Made by a program: the position numbers and the translations under genes
Notes under the pieces: generated by a model
The model's database searches: none
What the model was told of the DNA's origin: nothing
The model's input: only the letters and a program-made list of their open reading frames with translations
In this document: piece by piece, positions 15,317-24,189 of the stretch
How the letters are laid out: each line of letters starts with the position of its first letter
Position numbering within the stretch: the first letter of the stretch is position 1
From: Erysipelotrichaceae bacterium
GTDB lineage: Bacteria > Bacillota_I > Bacilli_A > Erysipelotrichales > Erysipelotrichaceae
Direction of reading: 5' to 3'
Length of the DNA stretch: 32,000 nucleotides
Assembly (NCBI GenBank): GCA_963676105.1
Contig: OY781039.1
Coordinates: forward strand, 660,001 to 692,000

Positions 15317-16880
15317 TAGAATAGCCTTCTAATTCTTCAATAATTGAATCAATTGAGGATCTCAATTCATTAGATTTTAGTACAATTTCTTTAATTTCTT
15401 CATTTAGTACTTCGATATTAATAATTTCTCTTGTGTCTTCTTTTTCAACATAAGATGAAACAGATAAATTAAAATCATTTTCCTGAATATCTTTTAATGA
15501 GACTAATTTTGTTTTGTATTGAGCTTCTTCTCTATTTGAAAATAACTCAATAATTTTATCTTGATTATCTTGTTTGAGCTTATTATCTTTACCCTCTTTA
15601 ATGAATTCTTGAGATGCATCTATGAATAAAATATTGTTATCAGTTTTTGATTTCTTTAAAACTAGAATATCAGTCGTTATGCCTGTGCCATAAAATAGAT
15701 TTGAAGGTAGTTCAATAACCGCATCCACATAATTATTCTCAACTAAATACTTGCGGATTTGTTGTTCAGCTCCACCTCTATATAGAATGCCCGGAAATAC
15801 TACAATAGCTGCTACACCATTTGGAGCAAGCCAATGTAAACTATGCATTATAAAAGAGAAATCAGCTTTACTTTTAGGCGCAAGTGTTCCAGCCGGTGCA
15901 AATCGTGGATCATTTATAAGTAATGGATTATTGTCACCTTCCCATTTAATGGAATATGGAGGATTAGATACAATTGCTTCAAATGGTTCATCATCCCAAT
16001 GTAAAGGATTAATTAAAGTATCGCCTAAACCAATATCGAATTTATCGTAATCAATGTCATGTAAAAACATATTGATACGACATAAGTTGAAAGTTGTAGG
16101 ATTAATTTCTTGTCCATAAAATCCTTGTCTTACATTATCTTTCCCTAATATCTTTGCGAATTTTAAAAGCATTGATCCTGAACCACATGCTGGATCATAT
16201 ACTTTATTAATTGATGTTTTACCAACTAATGTAATACGTGTTACAACTTCTGATACTTCTTGTGGTGTAAAGAATTCACCACCACTCTTCCCAGCACCTG
16301 AAGCATACATACTCATTAAGAATTCATATGCATCTCCAAAGGCATCTATTGAATTATCTTGGAAATTACCTAAGTTCATGGACGCTACTCCATTCATTAG
16401 TTTAACTAATCGTTTATTTCGATCAGTTACAGTTCCACCTAATTTGTTACTGTTAACATCTATATCATCAAATAAACCCTTAAAATCTTTTTCACTTGGT
16501 GATCCTTGAGCGGATGCCTCAATATTATTAAAAACTCTTTCTAGAGTTTCATTAAGATTACTATCATTGTCAGCATTTTTATAAACATTTGAAAATAACT
16601 CACTTGGTAAAATAAAGAAACCTTTTGTAAGAATTAAATCTTGTCTTGCCTCTTCTGCTAATTTATCTTCTAGTAAACGATAATCAAAATCTTTAACTCC
16701 AGCTTTTATTTCACCAATATTTATATAATTAACTATGTTCTCTGATATATAACGATAAAACAACATACCTAGAACATATTGTTTAAAATCCCAGCCATCT
16801 ACACTACCTCTAAGGTCATTGGCTATTCCCCATATTGTCTTATGTAATTCAGCTCTTTGATTATCTCTATTCAGTGTCAT
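15309..16880 (-). CDS. hsdM: Type I R-M N6-adenine DNA methyltransferase subunit (HsdM)
   Basis: 523 aa. It has an HsdM_N-like N-terminus (LHKTIWGIANDLRG), AdoMet motif I VYDPACGSGSML and catalytic motif IV IVSNPPYS. The SD-like GGGTGGA lies upstream. Confidence 0.95.
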   Translation of the reverse strand: MTLNRDNQRAELHKTIWGIANDLRGSVDGWDFKQYVLGMLFYRYISENIVNYINIGEIKAGVKDFDYRLLEDKLAEEARQDLILTKGFFILPSELFSNVYKNADNDSNLNETLERVFNNIEASAQGSPSEKDFKGLFDDIDVNSNKLGGTVTDRNKRLVKLMNGVASMNLGNFQDNSIDAFGDAYEFLMSMYASGAGKSGGEFFTPQEVSEVVTRITLVGKTSINKVYDPACGSGSMLLKFAKILGKDNVRQGFYGQEINPTTFNLCRINMFLHDIDYDKFDIGLGDTLINPLHWDDEPFEAIVSNPPYSIKWEGDNNPLLINDPRFAPAGTLAPKSKADFSFIMHSLHWLAPNGVAAIVVFPGILYRGGAEQQIRKYLVENNYVDAVIELPSNLFYGTGITTDILVLKKSKTDNNILFIDASQEFIKEGKDNKLKQDNQDKIIELFSNREEAQYKTKLVSLKDIQENDFNLSVSSYVEKEDTREIINIEVLNEEIKEIVLKSNELRSSIDSIIEELEGYSNE

Positions 16881-17006
16881 ATTATATCCACCCTTTATTT
16901 CAACAATTCTATTTTACACTAAAAGTTGTTAATACCTTTTTAACTATCCAATATTTTGTACATAAATACTTCTTATAATTCATTCGTTTGTGATAACATT
17001 TTATTA

Positions 17007-20000
17007 ATGAACAATAATATCCCATTGCATAACGATATCTTTAATGCAATTCAGAATAATCAGTTGGTTCTTTTTTTAGGCGCAGGAGTTTCAAAATCTT
17101 TGGGACTTCCTGATTGGAAAGAGTTAACATCTAAATTACTTCAATCCTCTATTGATGATGAAGTAAGTACTTTTCTTGAAAATGAATTAATTCAGTCTTA
17201 CTTACAAAATGACTATAAAAAAATTATTTCAGTTATATTTGAGAAATATAAATTAATGAACAAAATAGATTTTTTTAATTTAAATCTTAGTCGATATTTA
17301 ACAATAACAGAATTTGATAAAACAAACCCAATATATAAATTTATAGAACTTACAAATCCGTTAGTTTTGACTACCAATATTGATAATGTATTTGATAAAC
17401 AATTCATGAAAGATAATATTTTCTATAAAGACAATTATATGGAATGGCCTAGAAGAGGCCCTTCTATAGTTCACATTCATGGAAAAATCAGTGAACCTGA
17501 TACAATTGTATTTACTGCAAGCCAATATGTTGAGAAATATTTCGATTTAGATTTTAAATATTACCTAGAAAGTATATTTACATCTGAAAAAACTATTTTA
17601 TTCTTGGGTTATAGTTTTAGTGAATTTGAATTATTAGAAAAAATATTGAGAACAATTGATAAAAAAGCAACATCTAAGATTTTCACTTTAAATGCATATT
17701 ATTCATTTCAACAAACATTAAAAGATAATATGTCAAACTATTATAAATCATTAAGAATCGAACAACTTGATTATTGTCTTGATAATTTTGGTTATAAAAA
17801 TTTTAACAACCAAATAGCAGATTGGGTACAATATTTAAAAAATCATTCTATTGATTTAACAAATCAAAAAAAAATCAGAGAGTATTTGAAAGATTACAAT
17901 AAAGAAAATTTGCATTTATTAAAACAAATAATAAAAGATAATGAAGAATACAAATTTTATGCTTTTAAGAAAATTGAACAACTTGTTAATCCAACTAAAT
18001 GGTTATTGGAATTTTCAAATAATTATTGGACTCCAATTTCTCGTGCGATTGGTTTAGATCAAAGTAAAACAAATGCAACTTGGTTTTATATTTTAACTCT
18101 ACATAGAGTTTATTTAACTACCAAAAATAAGGAAATTAAAAAATCTTTAATAAATAAAATCTTATCGCTTTCAAATAACAAAAAAATATATAAAACAAGA
18201 ATAAATTCTAATTTCATTGTGAATATTGTTTTAATCGTTATGTCATTCAAAGAATTAGTGAGCAATGAAGTAGTTAATAAGTTAATAATTTATTTTATTG
18301 ATACTCAACAAGTAGAAGATGAATTTATTATTTACCACCTAAATTCAAAAGATTATGTTAAAAGAACAACAAAAGAGCTTTATCCATTTGAATTAAAAAT
18401 TATCAAAAACTCAATTGTTTCAAATTTAGATAGTTCTATTAATAATTCTAATATCGAATTAATTACATATATAAAGAAAAATGATATTACTACATTATCC
18501 GGTTTCGAAATATGCAAATTATGCATAAACAAAATTAATGAATCAAATGATAATATTTTCTATAAATTCAACGAATTTGGAAGTATTAACAGAGTATTAA
18601 AAAACAACTATTCTTTAGATGGGCTTTATTTATTACATATTTTCTTTTATTTTTATGAAAATTTACTTACGAAAGACAAGAAAATTCTTTTAGAAATAAT
18701 TATAAAATCAAGAAAAAAAATATCTAAAAACATTTTGTTATATCTAATTTTAATAGATTACAATGAAAACAAAAAACTATTATTAACTAAAAATTTTAAC
18801 CCTTTTTATAATAGAAGTTACTTTAGTGAATTATATATATTATTAAAAGAAAAGCTTAATGATTTAGAACCAACTTTCATTGAATCATTAAAGTTCCAAA
18901 TAGATTATTATTTCAAAACCGAAAAAAATTATGATGCACATCTTTTATATATGATTGATTCAGTTAGCAAATTACTAGGATTAAAGAGCAATGATCATTT
19001 TATTGATAAAAAATATTTTAATCAATTTGAAAATTATGATAAACCTGAGGAATTTTCAGTAACAATTAAATCTTACTCTTATAGTTCAAACGATCTTGTT
19101 AGTTTTTATCACAGTAATTTCAGTAATATATATGATTTAAAAACTTTAAATAATAATTTATATAAAATAGAAATTATCTTTCCATTTACTTTGGAAGATC
19201 ATAAGCATGCTTTTGAATTGTATTTAAACAAACGAATTCACGAATTCAAAATAGATTTTTCTGAATATGAAAATTTCAATGTAGACTTTAAAGAAAATTT
19301 ATTTTGGTGTATTGCAAATAATTTAGAGAGAATTGAAAAATCGCCAGTCAAAATTATATTAAATTACTTCTTAACAAACATTGAAATATTTAATATTAAA
19401 AACCTAACAAGATTAATAAATGTATTAAGTGAGAAAGAAATTGACTTCTACTTTAATAAAGAATTCATTGATATTAAACAAAAATTAATCACTTTAATTG
19501 ATAAAGATAATTTAAAAGTTGAATTTTCTAATATTGATACTTATATTCAGAAAATAGAAAATAATTTTACATATTCTCTTTTTAGTCTTATTTTGAAGAA
19601 AGAAAAAGATATTAGCATACTAGAGAAATGTTTTAAGATTAATGATTTTTATTTTTCTTTTTTGTTAATAAATAATTATATTTTGTATGAATTAAATCCT
19701 GGTTGGTTTATTAAAATGTTTGAATCATTTATAAAAAATGCTTCAACAAAAGAAAAAAATAAATTGGTTTCACTTCTTTTTCTAAAGAGATGCACAGACA
19801 AAATATATGAATTAATAATATCAGAAAAATTTTTTATAGATTTTGTAAATTCTAACATCGATAAAGAAACATTTTATCTTTCACATTTAAAAAGAATATC
19901 TATACAATATATTTTACATAATCTTATTTTGAAAAATTATAAATCTGACTCGGTACTGTTATTAATTCTCAATAGAAATAACACTGTGAATATCGTGGAT

Positions 20001-20462
20001 GCTTTTGATGTTTTAAGATATTTACAAGAACTATATTCAAATAATAAAAACTATTTAAAAATTACAAATAATATTATCAATTTCTATTTATGTGAGTTAG
20101 AGACAGTTGAAATCTCGAAATCTAACGCAAATCATGTTTATATTTACTTTATTGATGTAATAAACAAATTAAATGTAATAAATATTAATACATTGAATTC
20201 CTTAGAAAATTTGATAAGATTTTATTCAGGTAGTTATACAAATGAATTTTACAAATTACTACTAAGAGTTGTAAAAAAATATCCGGAAAAAGTAATTAAT
20301 ATTATGAAAATTACAGCAAATAATACAGAGTCTTACAAACATGATGAAAATAATATTGTTAAAATATTAAAAATTTTAATTAAAATGAAAATTGAAAATG
20401 CTCATCAATTAATCTCAGAGTATCAAGCCATTGGTTTTGACTTGGAAGACATAAATTTCTAA
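17007..20462 (+). CDS. Large SIR2-domain protein (N-terminal SIR2_2-type NADase-like domain plus ~870-aa uncharacterised helical C-terminal region); DSR-like defence candidate
   Basis: The ORF track starts at TTG 16956. The first ATG is at 17007, just before the domain. SIR2 motifs are LVLFLGAGVS, LVLTTNIDNVFD, IVHIHGKISEPDTIVFTASQY and ILFLGYSFSEFE. The remainder has no recognisable motif. It is extremely AT-rich (10 G+C in nt 18661-18720). Confidence 0.85.
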   Translation: MNNNIPLHNDIFNAIQNNQLVLFLGAGVSKSLGLPDWKELTSKLLQSSIDDEVSTFLENELIQSYLQNDYKKIISVIFEKYKLMNKIDFFNLNLSRYLTITEFDKTNPIYKFIELTNPLVLTTNIDNVFDKQFMKDNIFYKDNYMEWPRRGPSIVHIHGKISEPDTIVFTASQYVEKYFDLDFKYYLESIFTSEKTILFLGYSFSEFELLEKILRTIDKKATSKIFTLNAYYSFQQTLKDNMSNYYKSLRIEQLDYCLDNFGYKNFNNQIADWVQYLKNHSIDLTNQKKIREYLKDYNKENLHLLKQIIKDNEEYKFYAFKKIEQLVNPTKWLLEFSNNYWTPISRAIGLDQSKTNATWFYILTLHRVYLTTKNKEIKKSLINKILSLSNNKKIYKTRINSNFIVNIVLIVMSFKELVSNEVVNKLIIYFIDTQQVEDEFIIYHLNSKDYVKRTTKELYPFELKIIKNSIVSNLDSSINNSNIELITYIKKNDITTLSGFEICKLCINKINESNDNIFYKFNEFGSINRVLKNNYSLDGLYLLHIFFYFYENLLTKDKKILLEIIIKSRKKISKNILLYLILIDYNENKKLLLTKNFNPFYNRSYFSELYILLKEKLNDLEPTFIESLKFQIDYYFKTEKNYDAHLLYMIDSVSKLLGLKSNDHFIDKKYFNQFENYDKPEEFSVTIKSYSYSSNDLVSFYHSNFSNIYDLKTLNNNLYKIEIIFPFTLEDHKHAFELYLNKRIHEFKIDFSEYENFNVDFKENLFWCIANNLERIEKSPVKIILNYFLTNIEIFNIKNLTRLINVLSEKEIDFYFNKEFIDIKQKLITLIDKDNLKVEFSNIDTYIQKIENNFTYSLFSLILKKEKDISILEKCFKINDFYFSFLLINNYILYELNPGWFIKMFESFIKNASTKEKNKLVSLLFLKRCTDKIYELIISEKFFIDFVNSNIDKETFYLSHLKRISIQYILHNLILKNYKSDSVLLLILNRNNTVNIVDAFDVLRYLQELYSNNKNYLKITNNIINFYLCELETVEISKSNANHVYIYFIDVINKLNVININTLNSLENLIRFYSGSYTNEFYKLLLRVVKKYPEKVINIMKITANNTESYKHDENNIVKILKILIKMKIENAHQLISEYQAIGFDLEDINF

Positions 20463-20828
20463 TATTGGCTAATGTATAAATCAATTAAGATAATATCTAA
20501 AATTATGCAATCATCTATTCTAGTGATTCCGAATTTAACATTATTTGGATTTCCTGCATTAATAACTAACATATTTTTCATAGAACCTTTGTTAAATATA
20601 ATTTCTTTTTATCGACTGGTATTTTTATTATTTCAGGTAGAACTCCTTCAATAGGCTCAGTAAATTATTTAGTAAATTATTGGATTTTTGTACTTTTACT
20701 ATTTTTTACTGATTGGTTAATAAATTTTATTAATATTCATGCGCTTCTAGTGTTTTTATTATTTCAATAATGTATATTACTTTTTATTTAAAAGTAATAA
20801 ATCAATGTTGATTCTGAATGATTTTTAA

Positions 20829-20852
20829 TATAAAAAATCGCTTTCGCGATTT
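20829..20852 (-). terminator. Rho-independent terminator of the bgl/PTS operon
   Basis: On the minus strand, AAATCGC-gaaa-GCGATTT (20852-20835) is followed by TTTA..T. The stem overlaps the EIIA stop codon. Confidence 0.6.
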
Positions 20853-21327
20853 ATAGTTCTAATAGATATTCAGCAGCTTTAATTGATTTGTTTTCAGGTT
20901 TAGGAATAGATTGACCTAATTTTGATGTAAAGATACAGACAATAGATGTGTCATAACCTACTTCCTTAATTTTTGATACATCTAGCTCAATAAGCTTTTG
21001 ATTTTGTTTAACAGTTTGTTTAGCTTTAACAAATGACTTAAAGTGTTTGCCATTAAGTTCAACGGTATCTATCCCAATATGAAGTAGAACTTCTAAGCCA
21101 TCTTCCCTTTTTAAGCCAATCGCATGTTTGGTTGGAAAGACAAATAGTATCTTACCTGCAAACGGTGCGACGACTGTATTGTCTGACGGATCAATCACTA
21201 TGGATGGACCCATGGTTTCTTGAGCCATAATGGGATCAGATAGTGTTGTTACATCTTTTATTTGACCTGTCGCAAAAGCAGTTAATGTTTTTGTAAATGC
21301 TTCTTTTTTGTTTAGAAATTTAAACAT
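20851..21327 (-). CDS. PTS EIIA component, glucose/beta-glucoside family
   Basis: 158 aa. EIIA-Glc signatures are FPTKHAIGL and LHIGIDTVELNGKHF. AAGGAG lies upstream (21333-21338, minus strand). Confidence 0.9.
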   Translation of the reverse strand: MFKFLNKKEAFTKTLTAFATGQIKDVTTLSDPIMAQETMGPSIVIDPSDNTVVAPFAGKILFVFPTKHAIGLKREDGLEVLLHIGIDTVELNGKHFKSFVKAKQTVKQNQKLIELDVSKIKEVGYDTSIVCIFTSKLGQSIPKPENKSIKAAEYLLEL

Positions 21328-21343
21328 AAGACTCCTTATAAGT

Positions 21344-21364
21344 AGAGCGGCTTTTGGCCGCTCT
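21344..21364 (-). other. GC-rich intercistronic hairpin between the PTS EIIBC and EIIA genes
   Basis: AGAGCGGC-N5-GCCGCTCT forms an 8-bp stem with 6 GC pairs. No U-run follows it on the coding (minus) strand. Confidence 0.5.
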
Positions 21365-21378
21365 TTAATTCTTTTATA

Positions 21379-22728
21379 TTATACCGTTTCGACGTCGTCG
21401 AAGCCAAGTACCCAAGTGACTACAAAGGCTACTACCATCGCAATAATCATGGTTGCGATTGCCATATACATGTTACCTAGTGAGCCATCAGGTGCAATGA
21501 ATGTAGGAAGTGCAAACCAACCTGGTGAAACAATACCATATTGTTTTAAACCAACAATACCTGCAAATAATCCACCAACTGCACCACCAGCAACTGCGCC
21601 AATGAATGGTTTTTTAAATGGGAGTAAGATCCCAAAGATTGAAGGTTCTGTAATCCCTAAGATACCTGTTAAACCAACAGATGAAGCTAATGCTTTGGTA
21701 TCAGTAACTTTTGATTTAGCGAATACTGCAAGTGCTGCTGCACCAACAGCTACGTTAGCTGCAAGCATACCAGGCATAACAAAGGCGTCATAACCAAATT
21801 CAGCAAACGAAGCGATAACAGGTGGGAATAATGCTTGGTTCATACCAGTCATAACTAAGAATGGAGTAAATGCACCCATTAATGATACTGATAACCAACC
21901 TAAGTAAGTATTAACCCATACTAAGAAAGCTGCTAACCATTGGCCTGCAATAACGCCAATTGGACCTAAAGCAATTAAGGTTACAGGAACCATGATAATC
22001 ATCACAAGTAATGGACGTAAGAAGAATTTAACCGCATTAGGTGTAAATTGATCAACATATTTGTCTACAAAGTACATCACGACAACACCAAAGATAATTG
22101 GTAATACAGATGAACTGTAGTTTTGTGCTGCAATACCCATACCTAAGAAGTTAAGTTCAACACCATTAATTGGAGCTGATAATAAAACAGCTGCTAAGAA
22201 AGCCCCCATGAATGGGTTTAAACCAATTTTACGAGCTGCTGAGAAACCAACAAATATTGGTAAGAAAGCAAAGCCTGCAGTATTAATGGATGATAAGACA
22301 GTATAGGTACCTGAGGTGGCATCCATTCCCATAAAAGTCGTACCGATGGTTAGTACAGCATTAATTAAACCTGCTGCAACTAAGATAGGTAGTAAAGGAA
22401 CAAAAGTTCCTGATACAAAATTAATAATGGTTCCCCAAATGGATTTTGTTCCATCATCATTGACTTTTCCACCTTTTTTGAAGTTTCCAAGTTTTACAAA
22501 TTCTTGATATAAATTAGGAACATCAGTCCCAATAACACATTGAATTTCATTTCCTCTTTCAACTAGACCCATGACACCTGCTACTTTTTTAACAGCTTCA
22601 TAATCTGCGTTTTTTGGATCATTTAATGTGATTCTTAAACGAGTTGCGCAATGATTTACGCCTCCTACGTTTGCTTCCCCACCGACTGCTTCTAAAATAT
22701 TATTAGCTAATTCTGTGTATTTACTCAT
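21379..22728 (-). CDS. PTS beta-glucoside-family EIIBC permease
   Basis: 449 aa. The N-terminal EIIB phospho-Cys motif is VNHCATRLRITL, followed by a polytopic EIIC domain. Confidence 0.9.
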   Translation of the reverse strand: MSKYTELANNILEAVGGEANVGGVNHCATRLRITLNDPKNADYEAVKKVAGVMGLVERGNEIQCVIGTDVPNLYQEFVKLGNFKKGGKVNDDGTKSIWGTIINFVSGTFVPLLPILVAAGLINAVLTIGTTFMGMDATSGTYTVLSSINTAGFAFLPIFVGFSAARKIGLNPFMGAFLAAVLLSAPINGVELNFLGMGIAAQNYSSSVLPIIFGVVVMYFVDKYVDQFTPNAVKFFLRPLLVMIIMVPVTLIALGPIGVIAGQWLAAFLVWVNTYLGWLSVSLMGAFTPFLVMTGMNQALFPPVIASFAEFGYDAFVMPGMLAANVAVGAAALAVFAKSKVTDTKALASSVGLTGILGITEPSIFGILLPFKKPFIGAVAGGAVGGLFAGIVGLKQYGIVSPGWFALPTFIAPDGSLGNMYMAIATMIIAMVVAFVVTWVLGFDDVETV

Positions 22729-24172
22729 TATTCATTTCCTTTCCCCAATCTTGTCCATTGGATTTAATGAGTTTTGAATACCAGTGATAAGATGCTTTTT
22801 TAACTCTTCTCAAATCTCTTACATCTTCATCAGTCGTATTTACGAATACTAATCCATAACGTTTTGCCATACCGTTTCCTGTGGAGAGGATATCGGTAAA
22901 GGACCATAAATTATAACCAAAGACTTCACAACCATCCTCAATTGCGAGTCCAATTTGATAGATTTGATCACGAAGGAAATCAATTCTTCCTTGATCATTG
23001 ACTTCTCCGTTTTCATCCAAGTCTTCATGTGCCCCAAAACCATTTTCAGTAATGATCATTGGTAGATGATAATGATCCCAGACATAACGAAGCATATAAC
23101 GCATTGCGACTGGATCAATTTCCCAATCCCAATCTGTTGTTTCAACAAATGGATTACTATCTAAGGCATATAATCCTGGATAGTTTGGATATTGGAAGTT
23201 TCCTTTTACACCTGATTTATTTAGACCTAATTTAACTTCTTTACTATCATGTGGTGCGTGTTTTGCGACATTTGAGCGATAACAATTAAGCGCAAAGAAA
23301 TCAATCTTCGCTTGTTTAATGAGTTCCATATCACCTTCACGAATATCAGGATGAATATCATTTTCTTCCCAATACTTTTTCACAAAGCCATTGTATTCAC
23401 CAAAAACATAAAGATCATTCCAAATCTTTTCAGTGAGCTCTTCAGCATTCATAGCTGCGATTTGATCTAATGGATTTCCACTTTGTGGATAAATAGGTAC
23501 ATAACCTGGTACAGGACCAATCTTTCCACCTTCAACCAATTCATGACAAGCAATAACAGCTTTGGCATGACATAAGTTCATGATGTGATTAACATCCCAT
23601 TTATCTTTAAACCAATTGGTACAACCTTTATCAACACCTAACCAATCACCATAAACGATTTGCATGTTTTGTTCATTAATTGATAACCAGTGTTTAACAC
23701 GATCACCAAACGCTTCAAAACAAACTTCTGCATAGTGTTCAAAAGCATCGATGACTTTACGATCGCGCCAGCCACCTAACTCTTCATCGACCCATACAGG
23801 CATATCATAGTGATATAGAGTTGGGATTGGTTCAATCCCATACTTTAATAATTCATTGATGAGATTGTTGTAGAAATCAATCCCCTCTTGATTTACTATG
23901 CCATCACTATGTGGAATAATGCGTGGCCAAGCAATTGAGAAACGGTAGGACTTAAATCCTGCTTCCGCCATTAAAGCCACATCCTCTTTATAGTGGTGAT
24001 AATGATCAGATGCGATAGAGTTATCCGCATAAGGTTTCTTCTTTTGACTGTTTAAGTCAATAATCGCTGGAGTACGACCTCCCTCAGTCGTTGCCCCTTC
24101 ACACTGCCAAGCAGCTGTGGAAGCACCCCAGAAAAACCCTTCAGGGAATTTTGGATTGTGTTTATAATACAT
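22721..24172 (-). CDS. 6-phospho-beta-glucosidase (glycoside hydrolase family 1)
   Basis: 483 aa. Motifs are FPEGFFWGASTAAWQCEG, LSINEQN (acid/base Glu) and IITENGFG (nucleophile Glu). It overlaps the PTS gene by 8 nt. Confidence 0.95.
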   Translation of the reverse strand: MYYKHNPKFPEGFFWGASTAAWQCEGATTEGGRTPAIIDLNSQKKKPYADNSIASDHYHHYKEDVALMAEAGFKSYRFSIAWPRIIPHSDGIVNQEGIDFYNNLINELLKYGIEPIPTLYHYDMPVWVDEELGGWRDRKVIDAFEHYAEVCFEAFGDRVKHWLSINEQNMQIVYGDWLGVDKGCTNWFKDKWDVNHIMNLCHAKAVIACHELVEGGKIGPVPGYVPIYPQSGNPLDQIAAMNAEELTEKIWNDLYVFGEYNGFVKKYWEENDIHPDIREGDMELIKQAKIDFFALNCYRSNVAKHAPHDSKEVKLGLNKSGVKGNFQYPNYPGLYALDSNPFVETTDWDWEIDPVAMRYMLRYVWDHYHLPMIITENGFGAHEDLDENGEVNDQGRIDFLRDQIYQIGLAIEDGCEVFGYNLWSFTDILSTGNGMAKRYGLVFVNTTDEDVRDLRRVKKASYHWYSKLIKSNGQDWGKEMNNE

Positions 24173-24189
24173 GTCTTGCCTTTCTTAAA

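Noticed and set aside
15751-16050. 99-aa plus-strand ORF inside hsdM. The same applies to 15090..15293 and 14398..14595 inside hsdS.
   Set aside because: These are embedded in or antisense to genes with strong family signatures. They have low-complexity or implausible sequences.
20659-20681. Tandem 12-nt repeat AGTAAATTATT(T/G), two copies
   Set aside because: There are only two copies, the sequence is low-complexity AT-rich, and nothing resembling CRISPR or an iteron is present.
20775-20799. AT-only 10-bp hairpin (TATTACTTTT-N5-AAAAGTAATA) as a possible SIR2 terminator
   Set aside because: It lies ~310 nt downstream of the stop, contains a single G:C pair and has no following T-run. This is expected by chance in such AT-rich DNA.
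21308-21793. 161-aa plus-strand ORF rich in Ala, Pro and Thr
   Set aside because: It lies entirely antisense to the well-supported PTS EIIBC gene. It is a typical shadow ORF in the most GC-rich part of the window, with no SD and no motif.
1971-23043. Other short ORF-track entries: 1971..2153, 5410..5607, 17213..17407, 19676..19858, 22316..22507 and 22849..23043
   Set aside because: All are 60-65 aa and nested within, or antisense to, confidently called genes (CDF, addA, SIR2, PTS, GH1). They are treated as chance ORFs.
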